Origin: Promethearchaeota archaeon
GTDB taxonomy: Archaea > Asgardarchaeota > Lokiarchaeia > Sigyniarchaeales > SOKP01
NCBI GenBank assembly: GCA_019894975.1
Contig: JAGXNO010000071.1
Location: 1-13,608, forward strand
Length of the DNA stretch: 13,608 nucleotides
Direction of reading: 5' to 3'
Shown here: piece after piece, positions 7,218 to 13,608 of the stretch
Position numbering within the stretch: position 1 is the stretch's first letter
Layout of the letters: each line of letters opens with the position of its first letter
The notes under the pieces: model-generated
Database searches by the model: none
Told to the model about the DNA's origin: nothing
What the model saw: only the letters and a program-made list of their open reading frames with translations
Position numbers and translations under genes: made by a program

Positions 7218-8468
7218 ATGAAAGCCAACATTAAGTTTTTAATACTATTTCTGGTTTTTTTCCCTGTAGGATTCTTTACATATTCATCAACAATCCAATC
7301 TCGAACTATGAATAGTTCATTTCCTCTAGTTTCCACCCCTTATTATGGGGTTTCGAATTATAATATTACTCAAAGTGTGACTTATCAAGTAGAAGTGAAC
7401 TTTTCTTTAACCCACAATTCAGGAGGGAGTAATTATTATTTTAAATTTGCTCGATTAAATAATAGAATGCCTAATTCAACACAAACCAGATTTACACCGC
7501 CCTATCAAGAGAGTGAACTTCTTTATAATAATGTAACAGGATACAATCCCGCGCAAATAATAATGGGGAGAAATGATCAGTTTAACAACACTTATGATTT
7601 ATTCAATGCTACTCTGGCACCGGCAGCGGAGGTTACACTAGATCAAAAGTATAGAGTTGAATTAAATACAATCAAATTTCAAGATATAGGTGATTCGGAA
7701 ATTGGTACTTATAATATGTCTGATGAAATTTTTACGTTATACTGTAATAACTCAGAACCTTATTACGAACGAGACGATGCATCATTAATTTCTTTATCTA
7801 ATAGCATCGTTGATCCAGGAGATAATCCTGTTGAGAAAGCTAAAAAGATATATGATTGGGTTTCAGATAATCTTGTTTATAATGGGGGACTTCCTGCACA
7901 AGAAATGGGTGCATTATGGGCTTATACTAACCTACAAGGAGACTGTAGTGAATACTCGAGCCTAATGATTACTTTATTGCGGATACAAGATATACCTGCT
8001 CGTAAAGTCACAGGTTTCTTAATATCTAACAATCCGTCCTTACGCCCAAAAGCAGGAGATGTATGGAATTTCTACGCATCTGACCTAGGATCTAACATGC
8101 TAGGACATGCCTGGATGGAATATTATGTACCAGATATTGGATGGATTGCATGTGATCCGACGTGGAGTAGTGCAACAGGTTATTTTAATAGCATCGATTT
8201 TCTCCGTTTTAATCTAAATGTAGGTGCTAATTTCTTCTTTCCTCCTTCATTTACAATGAGCGAGTTTTCAAATCCCGTTTTCGTACATTCAGGTGGTTTA
8301 TATAACTTTAACTATGATATTAAAATAACAGTACTTGCATCGAATCTTTTACCTTCAGGATCATTTCCAATATTACTTATTGTATTTATTGCTGTAGGGG
8401 TAGCAGCAGTATTGATTACTCTAATTATAATCATCAAAAGAAGTCGCAAAAAAGAAGGTGCCTATTAG
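7218..8468 (+). CDS. Secreted, C-terminally membrane-anchored transglutaminase-like (Cys-His-Asp) protein
   Basis: N-terminal signal peptide or anchor (MKANIKFLILFLVFFPVGFF). Triad motifs GDCSEYS, GHAWME and CDPTW, plus DIPARKVTG. Many sequons. C-terminal TM followed by KRSRKK. Confidence 0.9.
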   Translation: MKANIKFLILFLVFFPVGFFTYSSTIQSRTMNSSFPLVSTPYYGVSNYNITQSVTYQVEVNFSLTHNSGGSNYYFKFARLNNRMPNSTQTRFTPPYQESELLYNNVTGYNPAQIIMGRNDQFNNTYDLFNATLAPAAEVTLDQKYRVELNTIKFQDIGDSEIGTYNMSDEIFTLYCNNSEPYYERDDASLISLSNSIVDPGDNPVEKAKKIYDWVSDNLVYNGGLPAQEMGALWAYTNLQGDCSEYSSLMITLLRIQDIPARKVTGFLISNNPSLRPKAGDVWNFYASDLGSNMLGHAWMEYYVPDIGWIACDPTWSSATGYFNSIDFLRFNLNVGANFFFPPSFTMSEFSNPVFVHSGGLYNFNYDIKITVLASNLLPSGSFPILLIVFIAVGVAAVLITLIIIIKRSRKKEGAY

Positions 8469-8498
8469 AGCGAAAAATAAAACTATATTTTAAATTCC

Positions 8499-8507
8499 TT
8501 TTTTTTT
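8499..8507 (+). terminator. Oligo-T archaeal intrinsic terminator candidate
   Basis: T9 run 30 nt after the stop of the transglutaminase-like gene, between convergent genes. Confidence 0.5.
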
Positions 8508-8511
8508 AATG

Positions 8512-9978
8512 TTAAATATATGCATGCATCAATTCAATTAGGTTTTTAGAGAAATCAGGAAGATTTTTCTCAATTTTATTAATTTGGGCCGACTTTTCGA
8601 TAAGCAGTAGCAGATACAAATTATATTTTTCAACTTGAATTTTTTTAAATACTATTTTTTTAGATTCATCAGCAATCCCAGAAGATACCAGAAAATCTTG
8701 TTTTAAAATCTTATATTCCTTAAAAGTTCGATACAACTCTTGGAAGTGAGGTGCCGAGATTTCAAAAACTTTCTGGGAAATTTCATCTTTTGAATAATTT
8801 GAAAGAATTATTCCATTCTCATTTAATAATAAAATTGCGTCTGAGTTAGTTTTTTTAGCAAACTTCTTTAATTGAGTCCTGAATAATTCGCGATTAGGAC
8901 TTAGTTGAGATAGCCCAAAGGAATATGCCGTGACGAGACTCCAATGATCAAAAATACTGGTTTGAAATATTTTGATTAAAAATCTATCAGAATTTTGTTC
9001 TATTTCATCAGCGATTATCTCTAAATTCTTGAAAATCTCTTTTGAGCCTTTTAAATCAGGATCAAATTTATTTAAGCAAATTACCATCGGAGGAAATTCA
9101 TCCAAATCGATTAAAGAAGTCACAATTTTTCTAAATAGTTCGAGAGCCTCTCCAATTCTCTCTACGTCTTGGATATCGATAAAAAAGAAGATTAAATCAA
9201 CATTATACAAGTAAATTTTGCTTTGCTCAAGAAATCTTTCTCGATACTGCTTCTGACCTCCTAGATCCCAAAGAGATATAACAGAATTTTGTTCTTCAAA
9301 AAGGTTTTCCTCAGTTCTGTCCACTCCTCTTGTTGGCAAAGATTTAATAATTTCAGAATACCTTCTTCTTATTCCCAACAAAAAACTTGATTTACCTGCT
9401 TTGTCTAAACCCGTTAATAATACTTTAATTTGCCTCCTTGTAGAAAAAGGATCTTTTAAATCCTTTGTGAATTCAAATAATTCACTTCTAACATTTTTCA
9501 TAATTTTTTCTTGATTATCAGATTCCTTATCTGCTTGTATCTGACTGGCTGCTTTATCAATTATTATTCTTAAATATTTCATATTTTCATAAAAAAATAC
9601 TCTGTCATCCTCGTTGATTAATACAGTAATAGTAGCCGCTAATGCTTGACCTCGAGCTGTTTCATCAGGGATGAGAAAGAAATATGTTAATCCATTCAAA
9701 CTTAAGTCAGGAAATGGTAAAATACCGAAATAATTGACTCCTGCATCTGAGCCTTGTGAATCTTGATAAACGGAATCACCCATAAGTAAACTGATAGTTT
9801 TCATCGCAATTAGAAGTCCCGCTTTTTCTTCTAGATCACTTGGCCATACAATTTTAGGGGTGGGACCTTTTTCATCAAAAATACTTAATACGATAGCTTT
9901 AATTAGATTTATATTATTATTATCTTCAATATCTCCATTTAAATGTTCCCTATTCGATTTAGAGTTGTTATCAGTCAC
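8512..9978 (-). CDS. Ras-superfamily GTPase (Arf/Rag-like) with N-terminal uDENN/longin-like domain and C-terminal roadblock-like domain
   Basis: G1 GLDKAGKS (9388-9411), G2 PTRG, G3 WDLGGQ (9253-9270), G4 NKFD, G5 TSI. N-terminal IVLSIFDEKGPTPKIVWP resembles the uDENN/longin F.....GP.....P opening. C-terminal NSDAILLLNENGIILSNY is roadblock-like. GTG start preceded by GGGGA. Confidence 0.88.
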   Translation of the reverse strand: MTDNNSKSNREHLNGDIEDNNNINLIKAIVLSIFDEKGPTPKIVWPSDLEEKAGLLIAMKTISLLMGDSVYQDSQGSDAGVNYFGILPFPDLSLNGLTYFFLIPDETARGQALAATITVLINEDDRVFFYENMKYLRIIIDKAASQIQADKESDNQEKIMKNVRSELFEFTKDLKDPFSTRRQIKVLLTGLDKAGKSSFLLGIRRRYSEIIKSLPTRGVDRTEENLFEEQNSVISLWDLGGQKQYRERFLEQSKIYLYNVDLIFFFIDIQDVERIGEALELFRKIVTSLIDLDEFPPMVICLNKFDPDLKGSKEIFKNLEIIADEIEQNSDRFLIKIFQTSIFDHWSLVTAYSFGLSQLSPNRELFRTQLKKFAKKTNSDAILLLNENGIILSNYSKDEISQKVFEISAPHFQELYRTFKEYKILKQDFLVSSGIADESKKIVFKKIQVEKYNLYLLLLIEKSAQINKIEKNLPDFSKNLIELMHAYI

Positions 9979-10146
9979 TTAATCCCCATTTATGTTGCTA
10001 TTAGTTAAAAGTTTTAAAATTGCCTTACTATATTCCTTAGATGATAATATAATAAAATCAAGATATTACTTTAATATACTCAAAATAATAATTACTATTA
10101 AATCATTACTTTTAGTTCCCAAGACTCAAAATAATTAAGTAGACAA

Positions 10147-11943
10147 TCAAGTGAACTTCAATCTTTCAAGTTTAGAAGGTATAAATCTTTCATTGATAAA
10201 ATCTACTAAATCATGATTATTTCTCTGAAGATCTTCTAAGGAAACATATTCTATTGCTCCATTTTGAATAAAGCCTTGAAGTTTTTCTTGTTTCTTAACT
10301 CTTTCTATAGGATCAATTTCAACATCTTCTCTAAAATGAAATGAATTAGTATAATAAGGATCTTCTCCATTGGACTGATGTAATGCAATTTTTGGAAAAT
10401 GTTTCATATCCAATCTCGCAAAACGATATACGGCTTTCTTTGTTATACTTTCACTTAAAAGAACTAGTAAATTGTTATTCTCACTAAATCTTTTACAGAT
10501 ACTATTCATATCATTTAAGATTTTTACTCCCAAATTAAGAGCATCATTATGTTCATGGAGCTCGGAATGTGTAAGAAATTTTACTGTTTCGTTTAATCCT
10601 ATAAAGCTAATTGAGAATATCTGATTTTTTAAGTTATAGAGAGGTTTATTATTGATAATTCCACTACATAAAGGCAAGTGATTAGACTTCAACCTTTTTT
10701 CTATTATTTTATATTTCTTTATTAAAATCTGATTAGAAAGTATTAATTTTTCATTCAATAACTCAAGAAATTTGGTTTCGTCCTTAGTAGTATATGCAAA
10801 TCGTGGAAGGTTCAGGCAAATTTCTTGAAGAATTCCTGAACTCTGATAATTATTTGACTTTAAATTTTTATCTTTAAGAGAAGAAGTGTCTGATTTTATT
10901 AAGATCGACGATTTCATTGAATTAATTTCTTCCCATACATTCCGATAAGCACTATTAAATTTGTTCAACCATGCTCTACTTACCATAATTTCATGAATTG
11001 GAGTTCTAAATGAATTTTTACCATCATCTCCGTCCTTAAAGGCGCTTACTAAGGCATTAAATAATGCTAAACATTCCTCTTGATATTCTCCATAATTTCC
11101 AATGGTTTTATCATGAAATCCTATAATAGGGACATCTGAAAATGATTCTAAGTTAGTAGGACCTGTTTGGATTGAACTTGAAGATACGGTACGACCCGTC
11201 ATAACCGATAAATGATTCAATTCATAAATCAAAGTCTTCATTAACCGTTTTAGTTCCGGAACACTGATTCCTCTTACGTAAGGAGATAAAAATAGAGTTA
11301 AGTAATTAAAACCTTGATTTCCACAGAATTCATTTTGAGTTAGTGCTAACCATCTAACAAGATGATGAATAGCCTCTTTTAAATTTAGAGCTGGCTTTAA
11401 TTTACAGCAAGAGATAAAATTTGGTATGGGAGGTAAACCATGGTCTAAAATTATACGAGAATCCCAAATTTGGGTTAAAGGTCTTAAATCAAAATACCTT
11501 AATTTATGAATATGGATGTCCCCATATAGATGAGCTTTTGATTCCTCGTTATTTAAAATTCTTAAATGAGCATATTCTTCAGATATACGATTAGCAGCCC
11601 AGGTATGGATCTTTTCAGGATTCATTATTCTTTTGGGATGTTTAAGCGACCCCTTTTCAAGAATCTCTTCGTAATCCATCAAAGGAATTCCGATTCGGGT
11701 ATATAATTTTCGCTCACTCTCAAAATGCTGCTCAGAAAGTATTGAGCACACTATTTCTCTAATGTGTGGCCCTGAAAGAAATCTTATCCCAGAGCTAATA
11801 ATTCTTCTTACCACAAGTTCAGTAATTTTATTTGCATTAGGTTCACTCATTCCCGTTTCTTTTAGAATACTATCAAGAATCCTCGAAGAGTCAAACTCTG
11901 CTAAATCTCCTTCAGTCCTAAATACTTTTGGGAGTAAGTCCAT
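10147..11943 (-). CDS. ATP-cone-containing class III ribonucleotide reductase (NrdD) homologue, apparently catalytically inactive
   Basis: ATP cone KVFRTEGDLAEFDSSRILDSILKETG...IREIV. NrdD landmarks AHLYGDIHIH, KPA, LNLPR, IGLNE and YYTNS are present. There is no active-site NC, finger-loop MGCR/CCR, C-terminal CxxC pairs or RxxGY. Confidence 0.85.
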   Translation of the reverse strand: MDLLPKVFRTEGDLAEFDSSRILDSILKETGMSEPNANKITELVVRRIISSGIRFLSGPHIREIVCSILSEQHFESERKLYTRIGIPLMDYEEILEKGSLKHPKRIMNPEKIHTWAANRISEEYAHLRILNNEESKAHLYGDIHIHKLRYFDLRPLTQIWDSRIILDHGLPPIPNFISCCKLKPALNLKEAIHHLVRWLALTQNEFCGNQGFNYLTLFLSPYVRGISVPELKRLMKTLIYELNHLSVMTGRTVSSSSIQTGPTNLESFSDVPIIGFHDKTIGNYGEYQEECLALFNALVSAFKDGDDGKNSFRTPIHEIMVSRAWLNKFNSAYRNVWEEINSMKSSILIKSDTSSLKDKNLKSNNYQSSGILQEICLNLPRFAYTTKDETKFLELLNEKLILSNQILIKKYKIIEKRLKSNHLPLCSGIINNKPLYNLKNQIFSISFIGLNETVKFLTHSELHEHNDALNLGVKILNDMNSICKRFSENNNLLVLLSESITKKAVYRFARLDMKHFPKIALHQSNGEDPYYTNSFHFREDVEIDPIERVKKQEKLQGFIQNGAIEYVSLEDLQRNNHDLVDFINERFIPSKLERLKFT

Positions 11944-11972
11944 GGTTAATTTAAAAGGAAGTAATTATTTAC

Positions 11973-11991
11973 TTTTTAAAAGTTTCTTTTG
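11973..11991 (-). promoter_or_regulatory. Putative BRE+TATA for the NrdD-like gene
   Basis: Minus strand CAAAAGAAAC-TTTTAAAAA, about 30 nt upstream of ATG 11943. No SD is visible. Confidence 0.45.
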
Positions 11992-12213
11992 AATTATTAT
12001 ATTCAAGAGATTTAAAAAACTAAATTATTAATGGGTTAAATAGAAGAAATTTACTTGATTATATAAAAATGTAAGGAATTGGCTAAATTTATAAAGAAAT
12101 TTCATTTTTAACGTGACCTAGTGAGAAATTGGTTCATTTTAGTTGTATTTTGATTTTTCCAGTATTTCTATTGTCTCTAAGAATTAATTTATAAAATTGA
12201 ACATCTGAAAGAT

Positions 12214-13002
12214 ATGTTAAAACTATATTCAGAATCTTCTCTAAGATATTTTTTTACAGAGATTTACCAAATCTTAAGAGATACTGATCCTAAATTAACA
12301 GAAATTTGGTGTGAGATACCCAAAATCTCTTTTTTTGAGGGAATGAAAAAAACAGAATTAATTCACTTTATAGAAAATTTTAACTTTATTTCTTTGAGAA
12401 AAGGAAATTATATCTTTTATATTGTAATAGAGAAAATTCTGTTTATTATTGATTGTATTAAGTTCTTGAAATATGATATAGCCCATTTATCTGAAATATT
12501 GGATTATTCTGGTTTTGAAGCTCTAATTAATGAAATATTATCAAAAAATAACTATCATACAACCACTAACTTTAGATTCTCGGAAAATTCAGATTTGAAA
12601 TCGAGTAAATCTCAGAAAAGATATGAAATTGATGTTATTGGAATTTACTCAAACTACATCTTGATTATAGATGCGAAGCAGTGGAAGCGTAAGGATTCAT
12701 ATGGCACTATAAGTAAAGCAGCAAATTTACAATATGCCCGTGTTAAGGCGTTAAAACGAAATCCAGATTCTTTTTTAAAACTAATTTCACTACTTATTGG
12801 AGAGGATCCAAGTATAAAAAAGCGTTTACCTTTCACGCTTATCCCAATAATGGTGACTCTCGAAGATAATAGCACTAAATTAAATGAAAACCAGATACCG
12901 CTTGTTTCCATATATGAGTTTAATGCGTTTTTACAAGAATTATTATATAATTTACATTATTTTAAATCAGTTCAAATTGGAAAATTAGTTAGACAAAACT
13001 AA
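12214..13002 (+). CDS. Solitary PD-(D/E)xK nuclease-fold protein (Mrr/NERD-like)
   Basis: GFEALINEILSKNNY (Mrr-like FE helix), YEIDVIG and IIDAKQW form an E...D...DxK active-site set. Confidence 0.75.
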   Translation: MLKLYSESSLRYFFTEIYQILRDTDPKLTEIWCEIPKISFFEGMKKTELIHFIENFNFISLRKGNYIFYIVIEKILFIIDCIKFLKYDIAHLSEILDYSGFEALINEILSKNNYHTTTNFRFSENSDLKSSKSQKRYEIDVIGIYSNYILIIDAKQWKRKDSYGTISKAANLQYARVKALKRNPDSFLKLISLLIGEDPSIKKRLPFTLIPIMVTLEDNSTKLNENQIPLVSIYEFNAFLQELLYNLHYFKSVQIGKLVRQN

Positions 13003-13068
13003 TTGGATAATTTTCACATTAAAGGTTAATATAAAATATAAACAGCTTTACTATTTTGAGGATAGTTA

Positions 13069-13608
13069 TTACTGTTCTAAGCCCATGTAATATTTTATCT
13101 GTTTCTTTATGACATTAATAGCAATAGAAATAATACCACTTTTAACTTTAGGGTGAGAAAACATAATTAATATCATATCTTTTAAATTAGGGGATTCTGT
13201 ATCAATGGGTGCGAGATCTAATATCCCTTCACTTCCTTTAACGCTAATAGACTTTAGTGCTCCTGCGCTCAGGCCATGGAGGATATCAGCCCCGATCATT
13301 GAAAGATTCATACCAATTGTGCTAAATAATGATTCTGATATTCTGCTTGATATCGCTGAAGCTAGCATTGTTCCATCGGTCTTTATGATCGCTGAAGCCT
13401 CTATTCGAGAATCAAGAGTAATGAGCTCGTTTAAAATTTCATTCATACTTGCAGGTGGTATTTTCTTTTCTGGTCCCTCCTTAGGACGAGGAGAAGCAAC
13501 CTTTGAATCCAATTTCTTTACCGATATTTTTTTTGATAAAAAGCTTAACACTTCAGACATATCTTTTTCTAATCTTTTCTGTTTGAAGGAAGATTCCGTA
13601 TTCTCTGC
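13069..13608 (-). CDS. Protein with C-terminal roadblock/LC7 (MglB/LAMTOR-like) domain, probably 5'-truncated by the window
   Basis: MNEILNELITLDSRIEASAIIKTDGTMLASAI...GALKSISVKGSEG...KSGII is a typical roadblock pattern. The frame is open past ATG 13560 to the window end (AENTESSFKQKRLEKD-MSEV), followed by a Lys/Pro-rich linker. Confidence 0.85.
   Translation of the reverse strand, partial: AENTESSFKQKRLEKDMSEVLSFLSKKISVKKLDSKVASPRPKEGPEKKIPPASMNEILNELITLDSRIEASAIIKTDGTMLASAISSRISESLFSTIGMNLSMIGADILHGLSAGALKSISVKGSEGILDLAPIDTESPNLKDMILIMFSHPKVKSGIISIAINVIKKQIKYYMGLEQ

Noticed and set aside
8512-8530. GTPase as a prenylation substrate of the toroid protein
   Set aside because: Its C-terminus is ELMHAYI, with no CaaX, CC or CxC motif.
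9979-10149. Selenocysteine read-through or frameshift restoring the NrdD C-terminus
   Set aside because: The TGA is followed by TTG TCT ACT TAA, so read-through adds only four residues. I see no CxxC or RxxGY coding in the downstream intergenic DNA.
10147-11943. Annotation as a functional nrdD or as a plain pseudogene
   Set aside because: The catalytic and glycyl-radical motifs are missing, yet there are no internal stops or frameshifts and a plausible promoter is present.
8972-12911. Short ORFs 8972-9214 (+), 11762-11992 (+) and 12654-12911 (-)
   Set aside because: Antisense to the GTPase, NrdD-like and nuclease genes, with no independent coding evidence.
4260-13002. Methyltransferase plus nuclease as a restriction-modification pair
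   Set aside because: The methyltransferase has Trm9-type motifs, lacks DPPY/NPPY or PC DNA-methyltransferase motifs, and lies about 7 kb away.
1-13608. tRNA/rRNA genes, CRISPR arrays, IS elements
   Set aside because: Intergenic gaps are short and AT-rich, with no GC-rich structured segment, no repeat-spacer periodicity, and no transposase or integrase motifs.

Overview
AT-rich, gene-dense archaeal chromosomal window, very likely Asgard (Lokiarchaeia-like). This is inferred from eL13, several longin and roadblock proteins, an Arf/Rag-type GTPase and archaeal TATA/oligo-T signals. It has twelve CDSs, two of them cut by the window edges, and I see no RNA genes, CRISPR array or mobile element. 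In order: a surface receptor-like protein (beta-rich ectodomain, TM, longin, wHTH); a YkgJ CxxCxxCC protein; a protein with a prenyltransferase-like alpha/alpha toroid; a Trm9-like methyltransferase; a hypothetical protein; an eL13-HhH fusion; a soluble longin-wHTH protein that probably starts at a non-canonical ATT codon; a membrane-anchored transglutaminase-like protein; a uDENN/longin-GTPase-roadblock fusion; an ATP-cone NrdD homologue lacking its radical machinery; a solitary PD-(D/E)xK nuclease; and a protein with a C-terminal roadblock domain. The best candidate for a new system is the intact but apparently catalytically dead NrdD (a possible nucleotide sensor) next to the Rag-like GTPase fusion, in a neighbourhood rich in longin and roadblock domains. 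All family assignments are from motif recognition by eye; no searches were run.
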